DNA from: Patescibacteria group bacterium
GTDB taxonomy: Bacteria > Patescibacteriota > Patescibacteriia > Patescibacteriales > JBAZCA01
Direction: 5' to 3'
NCBI GenBank assembly: GCA_041671125.1
Contig: JBAZCA010000005.1
Location: 21,864-85,863, forward strand
Length of the DNA stretch: 64,000 nt
The notes beneath the pieces are model-generated. The model saw only the letters and a program-made list of their open reading frames with translations, was not told the origin of the DNA and did no database searches. Below, one piece after another: positions 25,918 through 36,289 of the stretch (positions are counted from its first letter, which is position 1; each line of letters begins with the position of its first letter). Made by a program: the position numbers and the translations under genes.

Positions 25918-26511
25918 ATGCCAAACAAGCTGGAAAAATATTTAAAAAAACGCGACTTTAAAAAAACGCCCGAACCAAGGGGCGGAAAAGTTGTCGTTGG
26001 TAAAAAAGCTGTTGAAAAGCCAAAGGAGATTGCGAAGAAAAGTGAGGCCGGGAAAAACCGGTTTGTCATCCAGAAACACGACGCTTCGCATCTGCATTAT
26101 GATTTCCGGCTGGAGATCGGCGGCGCGCTCGCGTCCTGGGCCGTGCCAAAAGAGCCGTCCGAAGACCCGGGCGTAAAACGGTTGGCCGTCCGGGTTGAAG
26201 ATCATCCGCTTGAATATATGAATTTTAAAGGGGTGATTCCTGAGGGGGAATACGGCGCCGGAACCGTGGAAATCTGGGACAAGGGGAGTTACGCGAATTT
26301 GCTTCTCGCGTCAATGGAAACGTCCTTAGAGAAAGGGCATCTGGCCGTGAACTTAAAGGGTCGTAAATTAAAAGGCGGATTCGCCTTAATCCGCCTTCGC
26401 CACCCCTCCGCCGGAGGCTCCGGTGGCGCGCAGCAAGGCTACGGCGGACAGGCCCGGTTTAGGAAAGAAAAAGGCAAGGAGCTTTGGCTTTTGGTTAAAA
26501 TGAGGGATTAA
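25918..26511 (+). CDS. Stand-alone LigD 3'-phosphoesterase (PE) domain protein
   Basis: FVIQKHDASHLHYDFRLE..GALASWAVPK..RLAVRVEDHPLEY..EGEYGAGTVEIWD. Confidence 0.8.
   Translation: MPNKLEKYLKKRDFKKTPEPRGGKVVVGKKAVEKPKEIAKKSEAGKNRFVIQKHDASHLHYDFRLEIGGALASWAVPKEPSEDPGVKRLAVRVEDHPLEYMNFKGVIPEGEYGAGTVEIWDKGSYANLLLASMETSLEKGHLAVNLKGRKLKGGFALIRLRHPSAGGSGGAQQGYGGQARFRKEKGKELWLLVKMRD
26398..26457. repeat. GC-rich mini-element inside the LigD-PE coding sequence
   Basis: ccgccggaggctccggtgg hairpin plus gctacggcggacaggcccgg. The latter is near-identical to actacggcgggcaagcccgc in map (49369-49388). Confidence 0.55.
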
Positions 26512-26635
26512 TTATTCTTCAGCTTGCCATCTTAATATTGGGGGATTATAGTATAAATGTTTGGTTCTTCTAAGTAGTTCACTCTATAAATTAACATGGA
26601 TAATTAAAATAACCTTGGTAAATTACCAATTTTCA

Positions 26636-27208
26636 ATGAAGCCCCAAAAAACCCTTACCAAAGTCCTGCGCTTTTCCGGTCGGGAGGTGCCTTGCGTCAT
26701 AAAAAAAAGCCCGACCGCCAGGCGCTTTTATATTTTCGTGCGCCGGGACGGGAAAATCGTCGGCGTAATCCCGCGGGGCGGAAAACTGGAACAGATTGAA
26801 TCGTTCATAGAACGGAAAACTTCATGGATTGAAAAAGCGCTTTACCGGGTAGAGCATGACGTCCCGGGGATTTTAGAAAGTTCTTCCAAAGAAGAATTTT
26901 TAAAGAAAAAAGACCGGGCGCTTGAACTGGTAAGAGATCGGATCAGGCATTTTAATGACTTCTACAATTTTAAATTCAGCCGGGCGGCCGTGAAAATCCA
27001 GAAAAAAAGATGGGGCAGCTGTTCGCGCCAGGGCAGTCTGAATTTTAATTATAAGATTGGCGAACTCTCCGACCGTCTCGCCGATTATTTAGTCGTCCAT
27101 GAACTTTGCCATCTTAAAGAGATGAATCATTCGGCGCGGTTTTGGGATCTCGTAAAAAAAACAATTCCCGATTACCGGGAACTCCGAAGAGAGTTGAGGA
27201 AGATATGA
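26636..27208 (+). CDS. YgjP/DUF45 (SprT/WLM-like) metal-dependent hydrolase
   Basis: HELCHLKEMNHSARFW (HExxH). Start taken at ATG 26636 (MKPQKT..). Confidence 0.7.
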   Translation: MKPQKTLTKVLRFSGREVPCVIKKSPTARRFYIFVRRDGKIVGVIPRGGKLEQIESFIERKTSWIEKALYRVEHDVPGILESSSKEEFLKKKDRALELVRDRIRHFNDFYNFKFSRAAVKIQKKRWGSCSRQGSLNFNYKIGELSDRLADYLVVHELCHLKEMNHSARFWDLVKKTIPDYRELRRELRKI

Positions 27209-27310
27209 ATCTCACAACTCATAACCCATAGCTCATAACTTAAATTTAATATGTAATAGATAATTTAGCGGCTCCGAAAAAATATTGTTGTCTTATAAAA
27301 ACACCCGCTT

Positions 27311-27541
27311 TTAGCGGGATGTTTTTTTAGCGGGTTTTTTCTTCGCGGGTTTCGGCGCCGTTATTTTAGCGGCGTTTTTTTTAATGGTTTTTATGCAGTT
27401 GGCGCAGACTTTCTGGTTTTTTCCGTCAACTTTCCGGGCCTGCAAATTAATGTACTGCCTTTTTAAAGTCCGGATGTTGGAGTGGGATCGGCTGGCGTCC
27501 CGGGTCGTTCCGCGTCCGCAGATGTCGCATGTTCTTGCCAT
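27311..27541 (-). CDS. rpmB: 50S ribosomal protein L28
   Basis: MARTCDICGRGTTRDASRSHSNIRTLKRQYINLQ. Start moved to ATG 27541; the listed start (27613) lies in the leader palindrome. Lys-rich C-terminal tail. Confidence 0.85.
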   Translation of the reverse strand: MARTCDICGRGTTRDASRSHSNIRTLKRQYINLQARKVDGKNQKVCANCIKTIKKNAAKITAPKPAKKKPAKKTSR

Positions 27542-27551
27542 ATTTTGATTT

Positions 27552-27638
27552 GTCATTCTGAGTGAAGTGAAACGAAACGAAGAATCTCGCGGTATTATCA
27601 CGAGATCCTTCACTACGCTTCGCTTCGTTCAGGATGAC
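27552..27638. repeat. 87-nt imperfect palindrome (GTCATTCTGAG...TCAGGATGAC family) in the rpmB leader
   Basis: gtcattctgagtgaag..aacgaagaatctcgcgg...cttcgttcaggatgac. A related copy lies inside aspS (52889-52977). Confidence 0.8.
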
Positions 27639-27709
27639 GTTACGTAAATTTACTTAATAGGAGCTTAACAGTTTTTGATTAAAATGGCAAGCTGTGATAA
27701 TATTTTCTT

Positions 27710-28330
27710 ATGAATACTAATTTAATGATTTTTCAGCTGGTAGCGCTTCTTCTGTCCGCTATAATCCACGAATACATGCACGGCTGGACCGCTAACCAGC
27801 TCGGAGACGATACGGCAAAATTATCAGGCAGGCTCACCCTAAATCCGCTGGCCCACATTGATATATGGGGCTCGGTCTTAATGCCGGCTTTGATTTTTTT
27901 CTCAACCGGCGGGGCTTTTATTTTCGGCTATGCCAAACCCGTGCCTTTTAACCCTTACAATCTTCGCGACCGGAAATATGGATCGGCTAAAGTCGCCCTG
28001 GCCGGCCCGCTTTCCAACCTGTTTCTAGCCGCCCTTTTCGGCCTGATTTTAAGAGTTGTTAGCGCCGGCGTTATATCGCTTAGTCTTTCCGCTGTCCAGC
28101 TAATCCAGATTGTCGTCTATATTAATCTCCTCCTCGCCGTCTTTAATTCGCTTCCCATTCCGCCGCTGGACGGCTCAAAAATTATCATGCCTTTTCTTCC
28201 GGCTGGCGCGGAAAGGGTTTTGGTCGGATTAGAACGCTACGGCATGTTTCTGGTTTTAATTTTCGTCCTCTTCGGCTTTCCGCTAATCATTCCGATAATT
28301 GATTTTCTCTTTAAGCTGATAGCGGGCTGA
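27710..28330 (+). CDS. Site-2 protease family (peptidase M50) membrane protein
   Basis: HEYMHGW (HExxH) and NSLPIPPLDGSKI (LDG motif). Multi-TM. Confidence 0.75.
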   Translation: MNTNLMIFQLVALLLSAIIHEYMHGWTANQLGDDTAKLSGRLTLNPLAHIDIWGSVLMPALIFFSTGGAFIFGYAKPVPFNPYNLRDRKYGSAKVALAGPLSNLFLAALFGLILRVVSAGVISLSLSAVQLIQIVVYINLLLAVFNSLPIPPLDGSKIIMPFLPAGAERVLVGLERYGMFLVLIFVLFGFPLIIPIIDFLFKLIAG

Positions 28331-28353
28331 CAGGCGAAAATCTCTACTGCCGC

Positions 28354-28382
28354 TTGACTTCTTCTTTCAATTTTGTTAAATT
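28354..28382 (+). promoter_or_regulatory. Candidate promoter of the str operon
   Basis: TTGACT, 17 nt, then TAAATT, about 135 nt upstream of rpsL. Confidence 0.4.
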
Positions 28383-28518
28383 ATTCATACACATGACGGC
28401 TCCTTTCGGGGCTCTGTTTTTAGTATTTTAATTAGGGCATGGGGTGTAGCGTTTAGGAAGCTGGCGCTTTCAGAAAACCTATACGCTAAACCCTATATCC
28501 TATTACGCTAAATTAATT

Positions 28519-28944
28519 ATGCCTACCGTAAACCAATTGGTCCGCCAAGGACGAAAACAAATCAAATCAAAAAGCAAGTCTCCGGCTTTGCAGTCCACTC
28601 TTGATACCCTGCATAAACGCCGAACTGACCTGCCTAAGGGGTCAGCTTTTAAAAGAGGCGTCTGCGTAAAAGTAACGACAACCACCCCGAAAAAACCAAA
28701 CTCGGCTCTCCGAAAAATCGCCAGGGTGAGGCTTTCAAACGGCATGGAAGTTACCGCTTATATCCCGGGAATCGGCCATAACCTCCAGGAGCACTCAATC
28801 GTTTTAATAAAAGGTGGAAAAACCAAAGATTTGCCGGGCGTCCGTTACAAAGTCGTCCGCGGAGTTTACGATGCTCAGGGCGTAGCCAGCCGAAAGCAGA
28901 GCCGGTCAAAGTATGGAGCTAAGAAAGAGAAAGCTAAAAAATGA
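28519..28944 (+). CDS. rpsL: 30S ribosomal protein S12
   Basis: [13 protein letters not shown].., [23 protein letters not shown]. Confidence 0.95.
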   Translation: MPTVNQLVRQGRKQIKSKSKSPALQSTLDTLHKRRTDLPKGSAFKRGVCVKVTTTTPKKPNSALRKIARVRLSNGMEVTAYIPGIGHNLQEHSIVLIKGGKTKDLPGVRYKVVRGVYDAQGVASRKQSRSKYGAKKEKAKK

Positions 28945-29007
28945 ATTATGAATAATGAATTATGAATAATGAATCAAGAATATTCTATTCATAATTTACT
29001 TATAAAT

Positions 29008-29475
29008 ATGCGCGGCAAACCAGCACCAAAAAGAATAATTGAAGGGGATTTAAAATACAACGATGTTGACATCGCCAAATTCATCAATTACCTGATGATT
29101 GAAGGCAAGAAATCCATCGCCGAAAAGGTTGTTTACGGCGCTTTTGACATTGTTAAAGACAAAACCAAGCAGGATCCGCGCCACGTCTTTAACCGCGCCC
29201 TGAAAGCAGTTTCTCCGCTTTTGGAAGTCCGTGGAAAAAGGGTCGGCGGCGCTAACTTCCAGGTGCCTTTCCAGGTGCGCGGCAAACGCCGTTTTGCCCT
29301 CGGTTGCCGCTGGCTTATTGACTCGGCTGATAAAAAGAAAGGCGGCGCCATGGCTGAAAAGCTCGCCGATGAAATAATTGCCGCCATGAATGGCGAAGGC
29401 GCGGCCGTGAAAAAACGTGAAGACGTGCACCGCATGGCCGAAGCCAACAAAGCTTTTGCCCATTTCGCGAGATAA
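29008..29475 (+). CDS. rpsG: 30S ribosomal protein S7
   Basis: [11 protein letters not shown].. and [15 protein letters not shown]. The listed start (28969) lies in a spacer hairpin. Confidence 0.9.
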   Translation: MRGKPAPKRIIEGDLKYNDVDIAKFINYLMIEGKKSIAEKVVYGAFDIVKDKTKQDPRHVFNRALKAVSPLLEVRGKRVGGANFQVPFQVRGKRRFALGCRWLIDSADKKKGGAMAEKLADEIIAAMNGEGAAVKKREDVHRMAEANKAFAHFAR

Positions 29476-29512
29476 ACTTATTACATTATCATTTAATAGG
29501 TACTATTTTATT

Positions 29513-31591
29513 ATGCCGAGAGAATACTCAATAGAAAAAACAAGAAACATCGGGATTATCGCTCATATTGACGCCGGAAAAACCACCGTTACCGAACGGG
29601 TGCTTTTTTATACCGGTAAGAAACATAAAATCGGCGAAGTGCACGAAGGCGCGGCCGAGATGGACTGGATGGAACAGGAACAGGAGCGGGGAATAACGAT
29701 TACCTCCGCCGCGACGACCTGTTTTTGGAAAGACTGCCGGATTAATATTATTGATACTCCCGGACACGTGGACTTTACCGCCGAGGTAGAGCGCTCTTTG
29801 CGCGTCTTAGACGGCGGCGTGGTAATTTTTGACGGTGTGGCTGGAGTAGAGCCGCAATCGGAAACCGTCTGGCATCAGGCTGACAAATACAACGTGCCTC
29901 GCATTTGTTTTATCAATAAACTGGATCGCATGGGCGCCGATTTTTATAAAGACGTGGCGTCAATCCATGACCGGTTAACAAAAAACGCTTATCCGGTACA
30001 GCTTCCGATCGGCCAGGAAGCGGATTTTAAAGGAATTATTGATTTGTTTGAAAGAAAAGCCAGGATTTATCTGGACGACTTAGGAACCAAAGTAGAAGAT
30101 ATTGATATACCCGAGGAAATGAAGGATAAAGCGGAAGAATATCGAGCCAAGCTGGTTGAAGCCATTGTTGAAGACAATGAAGAGTTAATGAATAAATATC
30201 TGGCTGGCGAAGAAATCGTTATCGCTGATCTAAAAAAAGAATTGAGAAAGGCCGTGATCGCGGGAAAGATCGTGCCGGTTTTCTGCGGATCAGCTTTAAA
30301 GAATAAAGGCGTCCAATATATGCTGGATGCCGTTGTTGATTATCTTCCGGCGCCGACCGATCTTCCTCCGATTGAAGGATTTAATCCGAATAATCCGGAA
30401 GAAAAGATTATGGTAAAATACAGCGACTCGGAGAAGTTCGCGGCCTTGGCTTTCAAAATCGCCACCGATCCTTTCGTCGGAAAATTGACCTTTATCCGGG
30501 TTTACGGCGGAATTTTAAAGTCCGGCTCTTACGTTTTAAACGCGACGAACGGCGTGAAAGAAAGAATCGGCCGCATAGTCAGGATGCACGCGAACCACAG
30601 AGAAGAAGTCGGCGAAGTTTATTCCGGGGAAATAGCGGCGGTAATCGGTTTAAAAGAAACCACGACCGGCAATACACTCTGCGATGAAAACCGGCCGGTG
30701 GTTTTAGAATCAATAACTTTTCCTGAACCAGTTATTTCTATCGCTGTTGAACCGAAAACCAAAGCTGACCAGGAAAAAATGGGCATGGCTCTCGCTAAAC
30801 TAGCCGAAGAAGATCCGACCTTCCGAGTGAAATCCGATGAAGAAATCAACCAGACGATTATTTCCGGCATGGGCGAACTGCATTTGGATATTATTATTGA
30901 CCGGATGAAGCGCGAATTTAATGTTGAAGCCAACGTCGGCAATCCTCAAGTAGCTTACCGCGAAACAATTAAAAAATCCGCCGAAGCCGAAGGAAAATAT
31001 ATTAAGCAGTCGGGAGGCCGCGGACAATACGGCCATTGCTGGTTGCGCGTTGAACCGAACGAAGCCGGTAAGGGTTATGAATTTTTGGACGAAGTAAAAG
31101 GCGGCAGTATCCCGAGAGAATTTATCACTCCGATTAACAAAGGCGTTAAAGAAGCGATGGATAAAGGTGTTTTAGCCGGTTATCCTTTAATTGATATAAA
31201 GGCCGCGGTTTACGACGGATCTTATCATGACGTTGACTCTAACGAAGCGGCTTTTAAAATCGCCGGTTCTATGGCTTTTCAGGAAGCGGTAAAAAGAGCT
31301 TCGCCAATATTATTGGAACCGATCATGAAAGTTGACGTTATTACTCCGGAGCAATTCATGGGCGACGTTATCGGCGACCTTAATTCAAAACGCGGCCAGA
31401 TTGAAGAAATGGGCGACCGCGGACAGGTCAAAGTCGTATCAGCCAAAGTGCCTTTAGCGCAGATGTTTGGTTACGCCACCCAGCTTAGATCCATGACCCA
31501 GGGAAGGGCGAGCTATTCAATGGAATTTCTTCATTACGCCGAAGTGCCGAATAACGTAGCTTTGGAAATTATTGAGAAGAGGAAGAAATAG
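29513..31591 (+). CDS. fusA: Elongation factor G
   Basis: [21 protein letters not shown]. Start at ATG 29513 ([15 protein letters not shown]). Confidence 0.95.
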   Translation: MPREYSIEKTRNIGIIAHIDAGKTTVTERVLFYTGKKHKIGEVHEGAAEMDWMEQEQERGITITSAATTCFWKDCRINIIDTPGHVDFTAEVERSLRVLDGGVVIFDGVAGVEPQSETVWHQADKYNVPRICFINKLDRMGADFYKDVASIHDRLTKNAYPVQLPIGQEADFKGIIDLFERKARIYLDDLGTKVEDIDIPEEMKDKAEEYRAKLVEAIVEDNEELMNKYLAGEEIVIADLKKELRKAVIAGKIVPVFCGSALKNKGVQYMLDAVVDYLPAPTDLPPIEGFNPNNPEEKIMVKYSDSEKFAALAFKIATDPFVGKLTFIRVYGGILKSGSYVLNATNGVKERIGRIVRMHANHREEVGEVYSGEIAAVIGLKETTTGNTLCDENRPVVLESITFPEPVISIAVEPKTKADQEKMGMALAKLAEEDPTFRVKSDEEINQTIISGMGELHLDIIIDRMKREFNVEANVGNPQVAYRETIKKSAEAEGKYIKQSGGRGQYGHCWLRVEPNEAGKGYEFLDEVKGGSIPREFITPINKGVKEAMDKGVLAGYPLIDIKAAVYDGSYHDVDSNEAAFKIAGSMAFQEAVKRASPILLEPIMKVDVITPEQFMGDVIGDLNSKRGQIEEMGDRGQVKVVSAKVPLAQMFGYATQLRSMTQGRASYSMEFLHYAEVPNNVALEIIEKRKK

Positions 31592-31599
31592 ATAGACGC

Positions 31600-31653
31600 G
31601 CCTCACCCCGACCCCTCTCCATCCTGAATACTCGGGACAGAGAGGGGAGATGG
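31600..31653. repeat. Copy of the GCCTCACCCC..CCCCTCTCCAT repeat family
   Basis: gcctcaccccgacccctctccatcctgaatactcgggacagagaggggagatgg is nearly collinear with the reverse complement of 3345-3400. Confidence 0.8.
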
Positions 31654-31808
31654 AAAAATATTTTGTCTTTTTTAAAGACGTTCCGGAAAACCGGGACGTT
31701 TTTTAATCGCATTAATAACGCGAGCCCTTGACGCTAAATTTTTTTTACTATAAAATAAAAGAAGATTTGAAAAGCTCTAAGAAGAGTAATTTTTAGGACT
31801 TTTAAAAT

Positions 31809-32462
31809 ATGCAAAACCAACTCCAAAGGGCGATGGAAATCGCGAAAAAAACCGGTGACCGGCTGATTGTTTTTGACAACGCGAAATCGTCTGATCCGTA
31901 CGTGGTTTTATGTCTGGATGAGTATGAAAGGCTCGCGATAAAAAGGGCGGATGTTCGGGGATTGACAGAAGATGAATTACTTGATAAAATAAATCGCGAT
32001 ATTGCTGTTTGGAAAAGCGAACGGGAATTTTTTAACGAATACCTGAAAAGGGAAGATTATGAAGCTGATTATGCCGATGAAGCGGAAGATGATGAATGTG
32101 AAGATGAAGAGCTTGAAGAGGAGCTTTATTTTGAGCCTGAAGAGTATAAGTTATACGAAAGAGCCCGGGAATACGAAGCAAAAAGCGCTCTAGCGGATTT
32201 ATCCGGCAATATGGCCGGCGGAAGAAAAGAGAACAGGGAGGGTAGAGAGGCTCCTCGGGATGGATTATCTTTCGCAGCCCCTTTTTCCGAACCCGCGGCG
32301 GATGAGTCCTCCTATGCCTCTCTTTCGCGTGAAGCTTCGGAAGAGTGCAGTAAGGCTACGGAGGATGAACCGAAAAAATGGAATATTCCGATTGACCGGA
32401 AAAAGGCGGCGGACGAAGTGATTGGAGAAGGACGGAATTATCTAGAAGAGATCGGTTATTAG
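31809..32462 (+). CDS. Hypothetical acidic protein inserted between fusA and tuf
   Basis: 217 aa. Compact N-terminal domain (..DRLIVFDNAKSSDPYVVLCLDEYERL..), then a long Glu/Asp-rich low-complexity tail. Confidence 0.5.
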   Translation: MQNQLQRAMEIAKKTGDRLIVFDNAKSSDPYVVLCLDEYERLAIKRADVRGLTEDELLDKINRDIAVWKSEREFFNEYLKREDYEADYADEAEDDECEDEELEEELYFEPEEYKLYERAREYEAKSALADLSGNMAGGRKENREGREAPRDGLSFAAPFSEPAADESSYASLSREASEECSKATEDEPKKWNIPIDRKKAADEVIGEGRNYLEEIGY

Positions 32463-32636
32463 TAAAATTATTTAAGTTTAATTTAATATTTAGAAATTTT
32501 AATTACATCGGCTGGTTCCTCCAAGGGAAAAAACTCATAGGGATCTACGAATGCCGGGTGCCGGTAGCGGATATAAAAATTCGCCAGCCGCCAATCGTAA
32601 TTCGTTAATCCCCGTGGGGCCGGAACAAAAGTTACT

Positions 32637-33824
32637 ATGGCAGAAAAATTTAATCGCGCAAAGCCACATGTAAATGTCGGAACCATCGGCCACGTTGACC
32701 ATGGCAAAACGACCCTGACGGCCGCTATTTTGAACGTAATGGCTGCCAAAGGATTCCAGGCCACTAAAAGATCAGTGGATCAGATTGACTCGGCTCCGGA
32801 AGAAAAAGCCCGCGGCATCACTATCGCCACCGCCCACGTGGAATATGAATCGGAGAAACGGCACTACGCCCACGTTGACTGCCCGGGACACGCCGATTAT
32901 GTAAAGAACATGATTACCGGCGCCGCCCAGATGGACGGAGCAATTTTGGTTGTTGCCGCGACTGACGGGCCTATGCCTCAGACCAGGGAACATATTATCC
33001 TTGCCCGGCAGGTAGGCGTGCCTTCAATCGTAGTATTTTTAAACAAATGCGACATGGTTGAAGATAAGGATTTGATTGACCTCGTTGAAGAAGAAATCCG
33101 CGACTTGCTTAAAAAATACGAATTCCCGGGCGACACCACCCCGGTGATCCGCGGTTCGGCTTTGAAAGCTTTGGAAAATCCAACCGGCGATGAAGCCCAG
33201 CCGATTCTTGATTTGATCAAATCCCTTGATGAATTTATTTCTGAGCCGGTAAGAGACACCGAAAAACCGTTTCTCATGCCGATTGAAGATATTTTCTCCA
33301 TTGAAGGCCGCGGTACTGTTGTTACAGGAAGGATTGAAAGAGGAATTATTAAAGTGAACGAAGAAGTGGAAATCGTCGGTCTTGGTCCGACAATGAAGAC
33401 CGTCGTAACCGGAGTTGAAATGTTTAATAAACAGCTGGACGAGGGTCGGGCCGGAGACAACGCCGGACTGCTCCTTCGCGGCACGAAAAAAGATGAAGTG
33501 GAAAGAGGCCAGGTGCTCGCCAAGACGGGAACCGTAACTCCGCACACCGAATTTGACGGCGAAATTTACGTTTTATCCAAAGAAGAAGGCGGACGCCACA
33601 AGCCGTTTTTTAAAGGTTACAAGCCGCAATTCTATATCCGGACTACTGACGTAACCGGAGAAATTGAACTTCCGGAAGGAACCGAAATGGTAATGCCCGG
33701 CGACACCGTTAACCTGAAAGTTAAACTTATCGCCCCGATCGCTCTTGAAGAAAAACAGCGGTTCGCTATCCGCGAAGGCGGCCGGACTGTTGGCGCCGGA
33801 GTAGTGACAAAAATTATCAAGTAA
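32637..33824 (+). CDS. tuf: Elongation factor Tu
   Basis: [34 protein letters not shown]. Confidence 0.97.
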   Translation: MAEKFNRAKPHVNVGTIGHVDHGKTTLTAAILNVMAAKGFQATKRSVDQIDSAPEEKARGITIATAHVEYESEKRHYAHVDCPGHADYVKNMITGAAQMDGAILVVAATDGPMPQTREHIILARQVGVPSIVVFLNKCDMVEDKDLIDLVEEEIRDLLKKYEFPGDTTPVIRGSALKALENPTGDEAQPILDLIKSLDEFISEPVRDTEKPFLMPIEDIFSIEGRGTVVTGRIERGIIKVNEEVEIVGLGPTMKTVVTGVEMFNKQLDEGRAGDNAGLLLRGTKKDEVERGQVLAKTGTVTPHTEFDGEIYVLSKEEGGRHKPFFKGYKPQFYIRTTDVTGEIELPEGTEMVMPGDTVNLKVKLIAPIALEEKQRFAIREGGRTVGAGVVTKIIK

Positions 33825-33834
33825 GTACTTTTTG

Positions 33835-33885
33835 CCCTGTCCAGCTCCATCCCGGAGTCTCGGGACTGGACGGGGTTTAAGTGTT
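33835..33885 (+). terminator. Hairpin after tuf
   Basis: ccctgtccag...ctggacgggg stem followed by a T-rich tract. Confidence 0.5.
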
Positions 33886-33980
33886 TATTTATTAATCCCA
33901 TATCCCATATCTCATATCTCATATCCTGATTTTTAAGGTACACTGAGATTTGAGATGCGAGATATGAGTTATGAGAAATT

Positions 33981-34361
33981 GTGTCCGCAACTAAAATCAA
34001 ACCAGAAGAAAAGAAAGCGAGTCCCAAATCTGCCCGACCGGCAGACAAGCAGGATGAAAAGCCGAAAATCAGGATCAAGGTAAAAGCCTTTGACCATAAG
34101 ATTATTGACGACTCGGCGCGGACGATTATTGAAACAGCCGAACGGAGCGGAGCGAAAACTTTCGGCCCCATCCCATTGCCGGTGGAAAAGAAAAAATACA
34201 CGGTTAACCGGTCAACGTTCGTCCATAAAGATTCCCGCGACCAGTTTGAAATGAGAATCCATAAAAGACTGATTGATATAATTGAACCGACGGCCGCGAC
34301 TATTGAGTCGCTGTCCAACCTGACCCTGCCGGCCGGAGTGGATGTGGAAATAAAAATGTAA
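33981..34361 (+). CDS. rpsJ: 30S ribosomal protein S10 (N-terminally extended)
   Basis: Core [38 protein letters not shown] start gives about 25 extra K/P/E-rich residues. Confidence 0.9.
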   Translation: MSATKIKPEEKKASPKSARPADKQDEKPKIRIKVKAFDHKIIDDSARTIIETAERSGAKTFGPIPLPVEKKKYTVNRSTFVHKDSRDQFEMRIHKRLIDIIEPTAATIESLSNLTLPAGVDVEIKM

Positions 34362-34675
34362 TAATACAAATTACAAATTTTGCACAAATTGATTTTTACA
34401 TAATAAAGCCGCTTTAATAATTATTGCAACTCCCTTTTTAACTCAAGCCGCCTTTTTGCGGCTGGATGCCTCGCTCTTGAGATAGTTCCCTCGCCTCACG
34501 GCTCGGGATGCCTCGCTCACGCGCTCGGCACTTGAATTATCCAGGGAAAGTGCTATAATGATTAAATCCCGGCGAAAGAGGAGAATTAATTTTTTCCAAA
34601 AGAGTCTAAAACACTAGTAAAAACGGCGCAGTTATAATGCTGGTTTTTTGTGTTAAGACCGGCTTTTTTGTTTCT

Positions 34676-34718
34676 CCACAAATCAACAAATCTGTTACAA
34701 ATATTTGTAGATTTGTGG
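34676..34718. repeat. Hairpin sharing arms with 43440-43510
   Basis: ccacaaatcaacaaatctgttacaaa is identical to the reverse complement of 43485-43510. Confidence 0.8.
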
Positions 34719-34744
34719 GATAATAAAGTCGTTTATAGTGTTTT

Positions 34745-35578
34745 ATGAAATTTATACTAGGAAAAAAATTAGACATGACTCAGGTTTGGAAAGGGGACGC
34801 GGTTATCGGCGTTACCCGGGTTCAGGCCGGGCCATGCCTCGTGACCCAGGTTAAAGAAGCGGAAAACGACGGCTACAAGGCAGTGCAGGTCGGCTATGGG
34901 GAAAAGAAAGAAAAGAATATCGCCAAGCCGCAATTAGGGCACCTAAAAAAAGCCGGTCGGCTTTTAGGACAGAAAAAAAAGACCGAGATAAGATATATCC
35001 GCGAATTCCGGCTGGATAAAAATGGCAGGAACGAAACCGCCGAAGTTAAAGCCGGGGATATAATTGATGTTACAACGTTTGAGCCCGGCGACGTTATTAA
35101 AATAACCGGCGTTTCTAAGGGCAAAGGTTTTCAGGGCGTGGTAAAACGGCACGGATTTTCCGGACAGAAAAAAACCCACGGCAATAAAGACCAGTTAAGG
35201 ATGCCAGGCTCTATCGGAGCGACCGGACCGGCTCATGTTTTTAAAGGCATGCGGATGGGCGGCCACATGGGCAACGCGAAAAGCACGACTACTAACCTGG
35301 AAGTCGTTGAAATTGACAAAGAAAATAATATTTTATTGATAAAAGGATCGGTTCCGGGCGCGAGGAACAGCTTAGTGGAGATTTCCGGCCCCGGAGAACT
35401 GAAAGTTGCCTCTGCCGAAGCAGTCGTAAAAGAAACGCCGACGGAAGCGAAGGCCGAAGAAAAAATGGAAAAAGCCGAAACAGCGCCAGAAGTCGTTGCC
35501 GAAATACCGGTAGAAGAAAAAATAAACGAACCGGAAAAAGTAATTGCGGAAGTTAAAGAAGACAAAACCGAAAAATAA
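34745..35578 (+). CDS. rplC: 50S ribosomal protein L3 (acidic C-terminal extension)
   Basis: MKFILGKKLDMTQVW, GKGFQGVVKRHGF. About 60 extra Glu/Lys/Ala-rich residues at the C-terminus. Confidence 0.93.
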   Translation: MKFILGKKLDMTQVWKGDAVIGVTRVQAGPCLVTQVKEAENDGYKAVQVGYGEKKEKNIAKPQLGHLKKAGRLLGQKKKTEIRYIREFRLDKNGRNETAEVKAGDIIDVTTFEPGDVIKITGVSKGKGFQGVVKRHGFSGQKKTHGNKDQLRMPGSIGATGPAHVFKGMRMGGHMGNAKSTTTNLEVVEIDKENNILLIKGSVPGARNSLVEISGPGELKVASAEAVVKETPTEAKAEEKMEKAETAPEVVAEIPVEEKINEPEKVIAEVKEDKTEK

Positions 35579-35579
35579 T

Positions 35580-36266
35580 ATGTCAATTAAGATAAAAGTC
35601 TACAATCAGGAAGGGCTGGAAACTGGAGAAAAAGTTTTATCCGAGAAAATTTTCGCCGTGCCGGCTAATGAAGAATTGATCCGGCAGGTGGTTGTTTCCC
35701 TCATGGCCAATAAAAGGAAAGTCATAGCCCATACTAAGACCCGGTCTAACGTCAGAGGCGGAGGAAGAAAGCCCTGGAAACAAAAAGGAACTGGAAGAGC
35801 CCGCGCCGGAACTATCCGTTCGCCTTTATGGATCGGCGGCGGCGTTGTTTTTGGACCGCTTAAGGAAAGGAATTTTAAGATGAAGATTAATAAAAAGATG
35901 AACCAGAAAGCGATCTTCATGGCGATTTCCGACCGGGTAAAAAATGACAGCCTGGTTTTACTGGACAGCGTAAGCATTGATGAATATAAAACGAAAAAAT
36001 TTGAAGAGATAATAAATAAGATAACAGATAACAGAAAACAGATAACAGAAAACGCCGGCGAGGTTAAGAAAAAGAAAAGAAGTGTTTTAATGATCCTGGA
36101 AAAAAGCGACGGAAAAACAATCCGGTCGGGAAAAAATCTTTCCGGCGTGGAAATAATTAATCTGGACAATATTAATCTTTTAGATTTGTTGAAATACAGG
36201 GAACTCGTCCTTACGGTCGGAGCGGCGGAAAAGCTGGAAGAAAGATACAAAAAAATTAAAAATTAA
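35580..36266 (+). CDS. rplD: 50S ribosomal protein L4
   Basis: ATG 35580 (MSIKIKVYNQEG), RGGGRKPWKQKGTGRAR. Contains the in-frame word repeat gataacaga at 36020-36053. Confidence 0.92.
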   Translation: MSIKIKVYNQEGLETGEKVLSEKIFAVPANEELIRQVVVSLMANKRKVIAHTKTRSNVRGGGRKPWKQKGTGRARAGTIRSPLWIGGGVVFGPLKERNFKMKINKKMNQKAIFMAISDRVKNDSLVLLDSVSIDEYKTKKFEEIINKITDNRKQITENAGEVKKKKRSVLMILEKSDGKTIRSGKNLSGVEIINLDNINLLDLLKYRELVLTVGAAEKLEERYKKIKN

Positions 36267-36289
36267 GAATTTAGAATATAGAATTTTGT

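Noticed and set aside
32463-32636. Possible tRNA or riboswitch in the GC-rich leader of tuf
   Set aside because: Only short local hairpins are present (ggctgg/ccagcc, ccccgtgggg). There is no cloverleaf, T-loop or recognisable riboswitch core.
32978-34387. Long minus-strand ORFs (32978-33547, 33039-33545, 33632-34387) overlapping tuf and rpsJ
   Set aside because: They lie antisense to unmistakable EF-Tu and S10 coding sequence. Their products are low-complexity (Ser/Pro/Thr-rich), which is typical of shadow ORFs.
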